In this document: piece after piece, positions 19,680 through 30,457 of the stretch
How the letters are laid out: every line of letters starts with the position of its first letter
Position numbering within the stretch: position 1 is the stretch's first letter
NCBI GenBank assembly: GCA_963745075.1
Contig: CAVUWV010000020.1
Span: 160,001 to 224,000, forward strand
Reading direction: 5' to 3'
Length of the DNA: 64,000 bases
From: Candidatus Hydrogenedentota bacterium
GTDB taxonomy: Bacteria > Hydrogenedentota > Hydrogenedentia > Hydrogenedentales > SLHB01
The notes under the pieces: generated by a model
Told to the model about the DNA's origin: nothing
The model's input: the letters and a program-made list of their open reading frames with translations, nothing else
Database searches by the model: none
Made by a program: the position numbers and the translations under genes

Positions 19680-21335
19680 ATGAGCTGGAACGCGATTGGG
19701 GTACGGCCGTCACGACGGCACTCCGCGGCACTGGAAGTTTGCGGCGTTGGCGGTTTGCTGCTTGTGGCGTTGATTCTACGATGTATCCGGTTGGATTCCA
19801 GTCTTTGGGAAGACGAAGTGCTCACCTACCGGGGCGCCAACCAGCCGCTCGTCGACGTTTTCATGCACCGTACGCAGTTCCTGTATTACGTGCTCGCCCA
19901 CTTCGCACTCAAGATTTCGGATACGGAAGCGATGCTTCGCCTGCCGAGCGTGCTCGCGGGTGTTGCGGGTGTCGCGGCAATGTACGGATTTACGCGGAAA
20001 TTGGCGGGCCGACGCGTCGCCTTTGTGGCCGCTTTCGCACTCGCCCTTTCGCCATATCACGTGGAAAAGAGTCAGGAGGCACGATTTTATGCTTTCGTCA
20101 TGTTGGCGGATATTCTCCTGGTCTGGAGCCTTTGGCGGGCGACCAAGGGCGGTCACTGGAAGGCCTTGGCTGCCTTCGCTGCCGCGGCCAACCTGGGCAT
20201 TGCATCGCAGTTTACGGTCGCACCGTATGTCGTGGTCCTGGCCATTGCCGCCGTTATTTGGATTGCGTCGATCGCGCGTGACTTGTCTCCGAAGCAGCGA
20301 ACCAAGCGTATTCTGCATTTGGCGATGGCCGCACTTCTCGGGTTATCCTGCCTCGGTGCAAGCATCAACGCCCGGGGCACCTTTCCATTCGTGATCGCTG
20401 GTGAAACGCATCAACTTGTTGGAACCGAGGAGGGAATTGCCAACGTGGGCGATGCCGGAACCTACGTATCCACGTATCGACTGCATCTCCGCCAGTACCT
20501 CGGAATACTCTACGATTACGTGCCACGGCATGGCACATGGATCGGGCTGGTGTTTCTCTTGCTCATCATAGCGGGGGCCGCGGTTCTGGTCCGACGACAA
20601 CGGCTCGTCGCGTATTTGATCGCGGTCCAGTTTATCCTCGTGCCACTCCCCCTGTTTTTCCTCGATGTAAAGCACTGGTATCACGAACGGTATTTTTCCG
20701 CTGTGTACCCAAACTATGCCTTGTTCATCGCCGTGGGCGGAATCTTTCCGATCGAGCAATGCACACGCCTCGGACTACGGGGTATTTCGTTTCGCCGGTG
20801 GGATGCGCAACGCCTGCGTATGCTTGTGAGCACGATTTTGATCGTCATTTTCATGGTGGGATACGCGCGAGTCTCGTACACCCAATTAATTCATCAATAC
20901 GAATATGGGCGGCTGAACGACTGGAAAACGGTGACCCGTTGCCTGGCGACCCAACTGGCGCCGGGGGACACCATCGGGCTCGCATTGCCTTCGGCATATG
21001 CAACCCGACAATTACCGAAGCACCAACAGGTGTTTTCGTCAACGCACGTCGCGCTGGAGTTCTATCTGCCGCGCGCTCTTTCCGCAGCAAACCCCGCAAA
21101 TGGAGCGATATCGGCCGATGCGGTTCACATCGTCGCGGCGGGGACGAAGAAACAAATCGCGCGGTTGCGCTCCGACGCCCGGAAGGGAAACGTATACATT
21201 ATTGTCGAGGATTACCGCGAGGCCGATCGTGCGCCCGACGAAGATCTCGAAAGACTCCCTACCGTTGATCTGATCCGGGCGCCGGGGCTCACCCTGCGAA
21301 AACTGGTTTCACCCGATGAGCCAATCGGGCAATAG
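19680..21335 (+). CDS. GT-C (GT39/PMT-like) membrane glycosyltransferase
   Basis: SLWEDE, RLPS, SPYH...SQEARFY; many TM helices; start uncertain (19644 or 19680). Confidence 0.75.
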   Translation: MSWNAIGVRPSRRHSAALEVCGVGGLLLVALILRCIRLDSSLWEDEVLTYRGANQPLVDVFMHRTQFLYYVLAHFALKISDTEAMLRLPSVLAGVAGVAAMYGFTRKLAGRRVAFVAAFALALSPYHVEKSQEARFYAFVMLADILLVWSLWRATKGGHWKALAAFAAAANLGIASQFTVAPYVVVLAIAAVIWIASIARDLSPKQRTKRILHLAMAALLGLSCLGASINARGTFPFVIAGETHQLVGTEEGIANVGDAGTYVSTYRLHLRQYLGILYDYVPRHGTWIGLVFLLLIIAGAAVLVRRQRLVAYLIAVQFILVPLPLFFLDVKHWYHERYFSAVYPNYALFIAVGGIFPIEQCTRLGLRGISFRRWDAQRLRMLVSTILIVIFMVGYARVSYTQLIHQYEYGRLNDWKTVTRCLATQLAPGDTIGLALPSAYATRQLPKHQQVFSSTHVALEFYLPRALSAANPANGAISADAVHIVAAGTKKQIARLRSDARKGNVYIIVEDYREADRAPDEDLERLPTVDLIRAPGLTLRKLVSPDEPIGQ

Positions 21336-21391
21336 CAGGGGTCCCACGTTGGTGGATGCACCTGCATCGCGCAGTTTGGTAGTCTGGGTGC

Positions 21392-23500
21392 ATGCGATGC
21401 CTGGAGCCCATTCCGGTTTCTTCGAAGTTCACTGGGGTTCGACGCCTACCGGCGGCCCGTGTGGTTGTCTGCGCAGCACTGTATGCACTATTCGCGGGAT
21501 TGACCGCCTCAGGGGAACGCGCGGAACACGTGACCCCGCGACCTCACATGTTCGTGACCGGCCAGCCGGTGAAGGGACTGCGCTCCCTGGACGATGTACG
21601 GAAGGCCATTCGGACTGGACACGCCGCCGCGCTGTGGAATGAACTCCTCGATAAGGTGAAGCGCGAAGCTCAGGAAGAGGCTTGGACGCCCGCTACTGCC
21701 CTTCCCGGACGCGGCGAAGCGCAAATCAAACACGCTAACCGCGATTTCTCCATCGTTGCCATGACGGCAAACCGTATTCTTGACGCGTCGCTGGCAGCAC
21801 TGATAACCGATAAGCGGACGTATGCCGATGCCGCGCTCACGCAGTTGGACGCGTTGTTCGACCCCGAGCAATGGCCGGATTGGGAAGATAAGGCCCATGT
21901 CGAGGCCGGTCTCATTACCGATCTTCGCCACGGCCAGCTTGCTTTTGCCGTCTCCGTGTCCTACGACTGGCTGTACGATCTCCTCCGGCCGGAGGAACGC
22001 AAACGCATCATCGACGGCCTGGATCGGTGTGCGATTCAACGGTACAAGGCAGGAATTGACGCGAAGGAGAGTTGGACGCGAAACCGCACGAACTGGATGA
22101 CGGTCGTTGTGGGCGGATTTGGCATCGCAGGAATGGCCTTGGGCGAAGACCATCCGGACAGCGAATTTCTCGTGGATTTTGCGCGTCCCCGGATGGAAAG
22201 CTACCTGGAGGTGGCGGGCCCCGACGGCGAGTTCAACGAAAGTGTCCAATACGCGGGGTCGATGCTCTTTTTGGTGCGCTACTTCACCGCGGTTCGGTAC
22301 GCGTCAGGAGGTCTGGACAACCCGTTCGATCGGCACTCGCTCGCGGAATTCTGCCGCTGGTACCTGTATATGACCTTTCCCCCGGGGAGGGTTGCGGGGT
22401 TTGGGGATCCGGCTCCCGATATGCCGCCGGTGGTTAATTATATCAGCGCGGTTGCGGCTGCGACGCGGGATCCGCTTCTCCAATGGTTCTATCTCCAGTA
22501 CTGCGACATGATGCTGGAAACCCACCGCAATCTGGCCATGGAGTTGCTCTATTACGACGCGACGTTGGACGCAAAATCTCCCGAAGGACGCCTGCCACTG
22601 GGAAGAGCCTACCATCATCAGGGCAAACTTATCAGTAGCCGCAGCAGTTGGGATCCGGTCTCGACCCCATCGGTCGTCTACGCGAAAGCCAGCCGGGAAA
22701 GCACGCACAGTCACGCGGATTGGGGACAGGTCTGCATCGACGGTTTCGGCGAACGTCTCCTCATCGACCTCGGATCGCCGCCGGGCTACCCGAAAAGCCA
22801 CAAGGAGCGGTATTACAACTATCAACAGTGGGGACACAATGTATTTGTGTTCGGCAAAAACGATACGGGGGGGATTCCCTGGGCCGAGCAAAAGCGGGAA
22901 GGACGCATCGCGTGGGCCGAGTTCGACGATACTCGGGGCGCCGCGTGGACGATGGACCTGACGGCGATCTATGATGGCGTTAAAACGGTGACACGGACGG
23001 TCGTGCACCTGCTTCCGCGCGTCGCGGTCGTACTCGATTCCGCGGCGTTGCAGGAATCGCAACCCATCAGCATGCGGTGGCATCTCGCTGCGCCAGCGAA
23101 TCCCGGCGCCGACGGCGGGTTCCATACGGCGTCCGGCCGCGCGAAACTGGCCGGGTTAACCGCGCGGATCGACGGAGACGCTACGGTCCGATCCGGGCGG
23201 CACGCCTACGAAGCCCCGTACAACCGGGATCGTCTAGGAGAAATTTATCCGCAACGGCACGAACCATACATCGAAGTGGCAGCCGAGGACGATGCGTGTC
23301 GCGTCCTGTCGTTGTTTTGTGTGTACGGCCCCGACGACATCGAAGATTCCTGGAAGACGTCTCCAAAAGGTTGGTCGATTGAAACGCCGGAAGGACTGGT
23401 TCGAGTCCAACTGGAGGAAAACAAACTTACCGTCGAGTGTGCGGAAACGGGGAAAAGCTGGTCCGTCGTCGCCGGACCGACGGGGAAAGGCAGCTCATGA
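21392..23500 (+). CDS. Heparinase II/III-family (DUF4962-like) secreted lyase
   Basis: YDWLYD, NWMTV, DGEFNESVQY, FGD, HSHAD, HNV; start uncertain. Confidence 0.78.
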   Translation: MRCLEPIPVSSKFTGVRRLPAARVVVCAALYALFAGLTASGERAEHVTPRPHMFVTGQPVKGLRSLDDVRKAIRTGHAAALWNELLDKVKREAQEEAWTPATALPGRGEAQIKHANRDFSIVAMTANRILDASLAALITDKRTYADAALTQLDALFDPEQWPDWEDKAHVEAGLITDLRHGQLAFAVSVSYDWLYDLLRPEERKRIIDGLDRCAIQRYKAGIDAKESWTRNRTNWMTVVVGGFGIAGMALGEDHPDSEFLVDFARPRMESYLEVAGPDGEFNESVQYAGSMLFLVRYFTAVRYASGGLDNPFDRHSLAEFCRWYLYMTFPPGRVAGFGDPAPDMPPVVNYISAVAAATRDPLLQWFYLQYCDMMLETHRNLAMELLYYDATLDAKSPEGRLPLGRAYHHQGKLISSRSSWDPVSTPSVVYAKASRESTHSHADWGQVCIDGFGERLLIDLGSPPGYPKSHKERYYNYQQWGHNVFVFGKNDTGGIPWAEQKREGRIAWAEFDDTRGAAWTMDLTAIYDGVKTVTRTVVHLLPRVAVVLDSAALQESQPISMRWHLAAPANPGADGGFHTASGRAKLAGLTARIDGDATVRSGRHAYEAPYNRDRLGEIYPQRHEPYIEVAAEDDACRVLSLFCVYGPDDIEDSWKTSPKGWSIETPEGLVRVQLEENKLTVECAETGKSWSVVAGPTGKGSS

Positions 23501-24486
23501 GAGCGAGGGTGGTCGTCGCGGTAGTCGTAATCATGCTTGCACCGTTGTCCTGTGCCAAGGCCAATCGTATCGCCGTCGCGCGTCTTTCGGAAACCGAGCA
23601 CGAGAGCGAGCCGGTCTTCGTTTACGAGAAGGCGCACGGTTCGTTTTACGTGGAGAACATTGGTCCGGATGCATTTCGAATCGCCAGCGTCAAGACCACG
23701 TGTGCGTGCACGACGGCGGTACAAACCAAGGGCACGATCGCGCCGGGCGACCGGGCGGAAATCGAATATGACATCAGCTCCGCGGCTCCGCGGGAGAAAT
23801 CCGTAACGATCGTCGTGCAAACCAACCCGCCGCTTCCGGAGCCGTTGCGATTCAAGGCCTCCGGGATCTTCAAACCCGTTCTGGTAGGCGAGCCGGACGG
23901 GTTGTCCATCGAGGCGCGATTCGGAGAACCGTTCGAGCAATCGATTGCACTGCATCCCGCACCGGGCGTTGGATCGATTCGGGTAACGAAGGTGTCGACC
24001 CGCCAGACGTGGGCCGAGGTAACGCTTGAGAACACCCCAAATAGTGCAGATCCGGTCGTCCACGTGCAGTCGAAGGATTCGCTGCAACCCGGCACCCACC
24101 AACTCGGCATCGCGGTCGAGTTCGAGCGCGAATCTCCCGGCCGGCAGGACATCACGGCGGAGGTCCACGTGGATTCGGATTACTCCGTCGAGCCCCGGCA
24201 ACTAATCGTCAACATCCCGGAAGACGGCAGCGATCCCACGACGGAAATCACGATTCGCAATAAGAAAAAGATACCGTTCATTCCGCGGTCGGTGCGGGCG
24301 GAGAAATTCCAAATCGAACCTCCGGAATTGCCGACCGAGCCGAGTGCCTTCCAAAGGATTCCCATCACGTTCAAACTTCAGGACGGCACGATCGCCCGTC
24401 GCGGCCGGCTTTTGCTCGACCTGGGCGACAAAAGGGGTCTCTATACCATCGACGTATTCTTTTCGGAACCGAGAAAGAAGTCCTGA
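23497..24486 (+). CDS. DUF1573-domain Ig-like secreted/lipoprotein
   Basis: F.VENIG...I..V.TTCACT...IAPG; hydrophobic N-terminus ending in LSC; ATGA overlap with the lyase. Confidence 0.7.
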   Translation: MRARVVVAVVVIMLAPLSCAKANRIAVARLSETEHESEPVFVYEKAHGSFYVENIGPDAFRIASVKTTCACTTAVQTKGTIAPGDRAEIEYDISSAAPREKSVTIVVQTNPPLPEPLRFKASGIFKPVLVGEPDGLSIEARFGEPFEQSIALHPAPGVGSIRVTKVSTRQTWAEVTLENTPNSADPVVHVQSKDSLQPGTHQLGIAVEFERESPGRQDITAEVHVDSDYSVEPRQLIVNIPEDGSDPTTEITIRNKKKIPFIPRSVRAEKFQIEPPELPTEPSAFQRIPITFKLQDGTIARRGRLLLDLGDKRGLYTIDVFFSEPRKKS

Positions 24487-24614
24487 TTGGGGACAGGAAA
24501 CACGGGGCATTTTGGGCATCCCAGCCGCGCTTTGGTATCATAGCGTGCTTCGGAACCGGGTGCGTCCCATCGATGGCACCGGGTAACTATCGGCGGAAAG
24601 GAGTTACGGGGAAA

Positions 24615-26285
24615 ATGGCACGAAAATACGCCATCGGGCTGGATTATGGAACAGAATCGGGCCGCGCACTGCTCGTCGCGGTCGACAACGGCGAGGAAAT
24701 CGCGACCGCCGTGGAACCGTATCCGGATGGCGTGATCGATGACAAGCTTCCGGGCACGGGCGAATCGCTCCCGCCCGATTGGGCGCTGCAGAATCCCCGG
24801 GACTACCTCCACGTGCTCGAGAAGGTTGTTCCGCAGGTGCTTAAGGATTCGGGGGTCAGCGGAGACGATGTTATCGGTATCGGGACGGATTTCACCGCGT
24901 GCACGATGCTTCCCATCGACGCGACAGGCACGCCGCTGTGCATGAAACCCGAGTTCGCCAAGAATCCCCATGCCTGGGTCAAGCTCTGGAAACATCACGG
25001 CGCCCAACCGGAAGCCGACAAAATCAACGAACTCGCCGAAAAACGCGGGGAAGATTTTCTCGCGCGGTACGGCGGGAAGATTTCCAGCGAATGGTTCTTC
25101 CCGAAGGCGCTTCAGATTCTCGATGAGGCGCCGGAGATTTACGATGCCGCGGACAAATTGATCGAAGCCGGCGACTGGCTGGTGCTGCAACTTTGCGGGG
25201 AAGAGAAACGCAATGCGTGCGCAGCCGGGTACAAGGCCATCTGGGATGACGGATACCTGAGCCCGGACTTTTTCAAAGCGCTTGACCCGCGGTTTGAGAA
25301 TATCGTGCGGGACAAGATGAGTGAAGACGTTTATCCCGCGGGCGTGAAGGCCGGTGGTCTTCTCCCTGAAATGGCGAAGAAGCTCGGGCTGAAGGCGGGA
25401 ACGGCCGTTGCAACGGGCGGTATCGACGCCCACGTCGCTGTCCCCGCGACCGCGGCCACGGAGGCCGGTAAGATGGTCATGATCATGGGGACGAGCCTGT
25501 GCCACATGGTCTGCGGTACCGAGAAGAAAGTCGTGGAAGGCATGTGCGGCGTCGTGAAAGACGGTATCCTGCCGGGGTTCTACGGCTTCGAAGCGGGCCA
25601 GTCCGCCGTGGGCGACATCTTCGCGTGGTTCGTCAATACTTGCGTGCCGGCCAGTGTTGCCGAAGCAGCGGCCAAGGCGGGAATGGATATCCACGGATAC
25701 CTTGCGAAAGAGGCCGAGGGACTGAAACCGGGCGAATCGGGCGTGCTGTGCCTGGACTGGTGGAACGGGAACCGTTCGATTCTGGTGGACGCCGACCTTT
25801 CGGGCTTGATGATCGGCATGACCCTGACGACGACCCCGGCCGAAATGTACCGCGCGGTGCTCGAGAGTACGGCTTTTGGTACGTACACGATCATCCGGCA
25901 GTTGGAAGAGGGCGGAGTACCCATTTCCGAGTTGTACGCCTGCGGAGGACTACCCGGGAAAAATCCGTTCCTCATGCAGATCTTCGCGGACGTCACGAAT
26001 CGGGAGATCAAGATCAGCGCCAGCGACCAGACGGTTGCGCTGGGCTCGGCCATGTGGGGCGCGGTGGCAGCCGGATCGGGGGCGGGCGGTTTTGACGACG
26101 TTACCCAGGCCGCGAAGAAAATGGCGCGCCTGCGCGACACGGTCTACAAGCCGGACGCGAAGGCCCACGCGGCCTACGAGAAGTTGTATGCGATCTACCG
26201 CCGTCTTCACGATTTGTTTGGGTGCGGCACGGATATGGCGATGAAGGAACTCAAGTCCATCAAAGCGGAAACGCGCCAAGGGTAG
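24615..26285 (+). CDS. araB: Ribulokinase (FGGY family)
   Basis: IGLDYGTESGRA, DFTACT, KLWKHH, YGGKISSEW, IDAH, GTS.CH, EAGQSAVGD, DWWNGNRS. Confidence 0.93.
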   Translation: MARKYAIGLDYGTESGRALLVAVDNGEEIATAVEPYPDGVIDDKLPGTGESLPPDWALQNPRDYLHVLEKVVPQVLKDSGVSGDDVIGIGTDFTACTMLPIDATGTPLCMKPEFAKNPHAWVKLWKHHGAQPEADKINELAEKRGEDFLARYGGKISSEWFFPKALQILDEAPEIYDAADKLIEAGDWLVLQLCGEEKRNACAAGYKAIWDDGYLSPDFFKALDPRFENIVRDKMSEDVYPAGVKAGGLLPEMAKKLGLKAGTAVATGGIDAHVAVPATAATEAGKMVMIMGTSLCHMVCGTEKKVVEGMCGVVKDGILPGFYGFEAGQSAVGDIFAWFVNTCVPASVAEAAAKAGMDIHGYLAKEAEGLKPGESGVLCLDWWNGNRSILVDADLSGLMIGMTLTTTPAEMYRAVLESTAFGTYTIIRQLEEGGVPISELYACGGLPGKNPFLMQIFADVTNREIKISASDQTVALGSAMWGAVAAGSGAGGFDDVTQAAKKMARLRDTVYKPDAKAHAAYEKLYAIYRRLHDLFGCGTDMAMKELKSIKAETRQG

Positions 26286-26321
26286 GGCCGGGCCGCGCCG
26301 AAACTCGGCAGGGAGCCAACA

Positions 26322-26723
26322 ATGATTATTGAATGGAACGACGAACGGTTCGCAACCGGGATTGTAGAAATCGACGAGCAGCACAAAGAGCTGTTTCGTC
26401 AGATAAACCGGTTGACGGATTCGCTGGAGCGCAATCCCGACGGCAAGGCGGAGGCGGGCAATTTCCTGTACTTTCTCGAAGACTACGTGAAAACCCACTT
26501 CGGATGTGAAGAGGACATCATGGAGAAGCGCCGGTGTGCTGCATGCCCGCGAAACAAGAAGGAGCATAGCGGATTCCTGCGCACGTTTCACGAAATCCGT
26601 CTCACGTTCGATCGAGAAGGCATCAGCCCTTCGTTTGTGGAGCGCATCCACCGGGAAGTGGTGGACTGGATTCAGGGTCACATCGCCAACACGGATACCG
26701 AACTCAGGTCGGTCGCCACGTAA
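26322..26723 (+). CDS. Single-domain bacteriohemerythrin-like protein
   Basis: W....TG...IDEQHKELF, HF..EE..M, W...HI...D. Confidence 0.88.
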   Translation: MIIEWNDERFATGIVEIDEQHKELFRQINRLTDSLERNPDGKAEAGNFLYFLEDYVKTHFGCEEDIMEKRRCAACPRNKKEHSGFLRTFHEIRLTFDREGISPSFVERIHREVVDWIQGHIANTDTELRSVAT

Positions 26724-26783
26724 CCGATATCACCACGGCCCGCATCGCGGGTCGTTCTTTCAAATCAACTCAGGGATTTGTCC

Positions 26784-27843
26784 ATGCGTAAAGAGTCACT
26801 CAATTTCCTCAAACAATTACTATCCACGCCAAGTCCGTCCGGGTTTGAAGAGAGAGATCCAACAAGTCTGCAAGTCGTATGCGAAACCGTACGTGGATAA
26901 GATCTATAAGGACGTTCACGGCAACCAGTACCACGTGAAGAACCCCGGCGCGGACTTGCGCGTTATGCTCGCGGGGCACGTCGACGAAATCGCCCTGATG
27001 GTCAATCATATTGACGACAATGGTTTCTTGGGATTTCAGGCCATCGGCGGTATTGACGCGTCGGTGCTTGATGGACAGCGGGTGCAGGTCCACCACGAGA
27101 AAGGGTCGGTCCCCGGCGTCATCGGGCGCCGCGCGATTCATCTGACGGATCCGGAGGAACGCGGCAAGCCCTTGCCGATTCATCAGTTATGGATCGATAT
27201 TGGCGCGCGCGACAAGAAAGAAGCGGAACGGGTCGTCGCCATCGGCGATCCTGCCACGATCGACGTGGGATTTGTAGAGCTCCGGAACGAGCGCGTCGTC
27301 GCGCGGGCCCTGGACGACCGCATCGGCGCATTTGTCATCCTCGAAGCCATGCGGCTGCTGCACAAGCGCAAGATCAATTGCGCGGTTTACTGCGTGACCA
27401 CCGTCCAGGAAGAGATCGGCCTGCGGGGTGCAACAACCAGCGCCTACGGCTGCAATCCGCACGCAGGTATCGCGGTGGATGTAGCCCACGCGACCGACCA
27501 CCCGAACTGCGACAGCAAACGTTTCGGTTCGTTTTCCTTGGGTGGTGGTCCCATCCTCAACCGGGGACCCAATATCAATCCGATCGTGGCCAAAGGGCTG
27601 ATCGATACGGCAAAGAAGAAGAAGATCCCCTACCAGATGGAAGCGGCCCCACGCGGCACGGGCACGGACGCAAACGCCATGCAGCTCAGCCGCGGCGGGG
27701 TGGCCACCGGTCTGATCGGGATCCCGAATCGGTACATGCATTCGCCCGTCGAGATGGTGTCGCTGAAAGACGTCGAGCACTGCTCGCAACTGTTGGCGGA
27801 ATGGATCGGCACCCTGAAGCCCAAGCACAATTTCATCCCATGA
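26784..27843 (+). CDS. M42 family (TET-like) aminopeptidase (frameshift at about 26850 in a GA repeat)
   Basis: MRKESLNFLKQLLSTPSPSGFE, then GHVDEI, IGGID, ALDDRIG, VQEEIG, VDV, GTD, RYMHSP. Confidence 0.9.
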
Positions 27844-28572
27844 GCGAGCCGGTTCGGATCGAAGTGGCCGACAATTACAACGACCTCAGCCGCCGCGGCG
27901 CATCGATTGTCTTGGAGTCCCTTCGCACGAATCCTGCGGCGTTACTTTGTGCCGCAACTGGAAGTTCCCCCCTGGGTGTCTATTCGGAATTGGCGAAGGC
28001 ACACACGCAAGACGCCACCGTCTTCTCCAAGCTGCGCGTTATCAAGCTCGACGAATGGTGCCCACTGGGTCCAGACGATCCGGCATCGTGCGAGTTCTAC
28101 GTTCGTACGAAGGTAATCGAGCCTTTGGCCGTCGCTGAGGATCGAACCATCACCCTGCGCGGAGACGCCGCCGACGCGGAAGCCGAATGCCGAACCTTCT
28201 CCTCGGCACTGGCGAAGGCGGGGCCCATCGACGTTCTGTATCCTGGGTTTGGGCGTGAACGGGCATCTGGGAATGAACGAACCGGCGGACTGGCTGCATG
28301 AGACCGCGCACGTTACGGCGTTGGCGAAGGAATCGCAGGGCCATGCCATGCTGGAAGGCGCCCGTACCCAACCCACGTACGGGCTCACGCTTGGGATGGG
28401 GGAAATTCTTCGGTCGGATTTGATCCTGCTGCTGGTCAGTGGCGAGAAGAAGCGGGACGCCCTGACCCGGCTCATGTCGCGCCAGATTACGACGCGGTTT
28501 CCCGCCTCCTTCTTATGGACTCACGGCCATACGATCATTATTGCGGATCGCGATGCGTATCCGAATCCGTGA
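27840..28572 (+). CDS. Glucosamine/galactosamine-6-phosphate isomerase/deaminase (NagB/AgaI family; +1 frameshift near 28237)
   Basis: AATGSSP, LDEW, D(V)CILGLGVNGHLGMNEP, TLGMGEI, PASFL. Confidence 0.87.
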
Positions 28573-29248
28573 CACCGACGATTGCGGCGTTCACTTGAGC
28601 AATGCTCAAGGCCAGGACCGCTTGCCCTCCAAAATAGAGCGGTAGGCCGACAATCGCGTTTATTGAGCCCGGCGCAACGAATTGTTGCCGGGCCACGAAG
28701 ACGTCGGATATGTAAAACATCACTGCGCCCAGCAGAATAAGTCGGCCGCCCGGCTTCGATATCGTCCCGCCGGCGAGCGCGACCATCGTGCTGATGACGG
28801 CAACGTATGCCGCGACCGGAATCTTCATATCGCTGGGAACGTGCGGCCAGACCCATCGAACGACAAAGACCGATGCAATCACCATCGCCGCACCGGCTAC
28901 AGCCGCCCCAGGGAGTCGGGTTCCTCGCACGGCGTACGCTACGCAATAGGCAACGTGCGCGATGAAGAAACTGACGAGACCGGCCAGAAACCGGCTATCC
29001 GTTGGTGCCAGGAGAAAGTAGTCGCCAAAGGACGAGGCTATGAGCCCGGCGAATAATACCCAGCCATAAGTCGAGTGCCTCGCACCGGCCAGCCAGGCGG
29101 TGGCGATAAAGCTGAACGACGCCGCCATCTTGAAAGCTTTGGCGGCCAGCGAGAATCCCGCAGCGTTCAGCGCCAAACAAAGGCCGCAAAAGACGACCGT
29201 GAGCGCCGCGGCGGTCAAGGTTCGATTCCAGTTCGAGACAGACTTCAT
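28538..29248 (-). CDS. YhhN/lysoplasmalogenase-family membrane protein
   Basis: K, GD..L, F.AGL..F..AH..Y, Y...I..M, F.ISD, Y..GQ. Confidence 0.85.
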   Translation of the reverse strand: MKSVSNWNRTLTAAALTVVFCGLCLALNAAGFSLAAKAFKMAASFSFIATAWLAGARHSTYGWVLFAGLIASSFGDYFLLAPTDSRFLAGLVSFFIAHVAYCVAYAVRGTRLPGAAVAGAAMVIASVFVVRWVWPHVPSDMKIPVAAYVAVISTMVALAGGTISKPGGRLILLGAVMFYISDVFVARQQFVAPGSINAIVGLPLYFGGQAVLALSIAQVNAAIVGVTDSDTHRDPQ

Positions 29249-29260
29249 TCTGAGAACAGG

Positions 29261-29696
29261 TCAACCGCCGGGCGCGTCGTTGAGATACCCCTCGAGCGCT
29301 TGAATCTCATTCACGAGATCGTTGATCCGGTCGTGCAACAGATACCGAAGCGAGATCATCCCCGCCATTTCACCGTTGGCCTTCATGATGGGCAGATGGC
29401 GAATTCGCTTCTCGCTCATCAGACGGATGGCGTCGGTCAACTCGATGTCTTCGCTGGCCACGGTGATGTCCGCGGTCATTACGTCGCGTAGCAAAGTCAT
29501 ATTTGGATCTTTGCCGGCCAGTACGATGCGCGACATGAACGTCCCGTTCGCTGAATATGCCGCGCACATCGGTCAAGTCTCCAACCAGCACGACGCCGGA
29601 CCGATGCTCGACCATGACCTCGATAGCCCGTTTGGCCGTGTCGTTCTCGGTAAGCATCAGCAGAGATGTGTTCTTCAAAAACGGCTTTAGAGACAT
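29261..29696 (-). CDS. Tandem CBS-domain protein (+1 frameshift near 29538)
   Basis: GIFSERD / VM.RIV..G.D...LRDVMT, M.EKRIRHLPI, GMISLR. Confidence 0.85.
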
Positions 29697-29868
29697 CGTT
29701 GCACCCTCTCACATAGTTCGTACAAACCCCGCAGCCCGTCTACCATGCACGAGAAGGGGAAAAAGCGCAAGATAAATCGGTCAGAAATGGGGTGGACACG
29801 CGGCAAGGGGTTTCACCCCAAGCACATACAGAGAATTGCGAATACGTATACTGGACCTAGTCAAGGGT

Positions 29869-30348
29869 TCACGATTTGGGGCTGCTGCGACCGCCAATTT
29901 GCTGGTCCAGTTCGTCGAGGAACCAGCGAAGTGTCCGTTGATCTTCCTCGCTGAGGGCGCGGAACTGGACACCGCACGCATGACCCTTCTTTTCCGGGAC
30001 CGGCTTGGTCCAGCGCACCTGCGCGCGCGGATGAATGGTTGTCGTCGCTTGCAAGTCCACGTGCAGCGTGACATCTTGGCCGGGAGTGATTTCATATTTG
30101 ATCAGCACGCAGGCGCCGCCGGAACTGAGGTCAAGCAACCGCCCCTTGGTTGTGTGCGTGTCCATCTGCATATCCCCGCCGGAGGAGAATCCGACCGCGA
30201 ATTCGACTTTGACCTGGCAGGTCTTACGGATGGTGCGCCGGCGAAGACGCCGCTGATCGGAGGAGCTATCGCCGCCGGAATGACTCGAGGACTCCGGGCT
30301 GTACCTCGCGATTGAACCCGGGACCGGGCGCGTAATAGACATGGCCAT
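29869..30348 (-). CDS. PilZ-domain c-di-GMP-binding protein
   Basis: RRxxxR and DLSxGG motifs; AQVRW, GVQF. Confidence 0.85.
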   Translation of the reverse strand: MAMSITRPVPGSIARYSPESSSHSGGDSSSDQRRLRRRTIRKTCQVKVEFAVGFSSGGDMQMDTHTTKGRLLDLSSGGACVLIKYEITPGQDVTLHVDLQATTTIHPRAQVRWTKPVPEKKGHACGVQFRALSEEDQRTLRWFLDELDQQIGGRSSPKS

Positions 30349-30457
30349 CTCCCTTTCCCAATGTCGCGATACCGGCTGTAACCATAGCGCGTATGCTATC
30401 GTAGCTACAATGTTGGATATCGTGTCGCGACGTACCTAATGAATTGGGGGTTGTCAA

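Noticed and set aside
26846..26858. GA dinucleotide run at the M42 frameshift as a phase-variation switch
   Set aside because: The run is only about four units and fits the window-wide error pattern.
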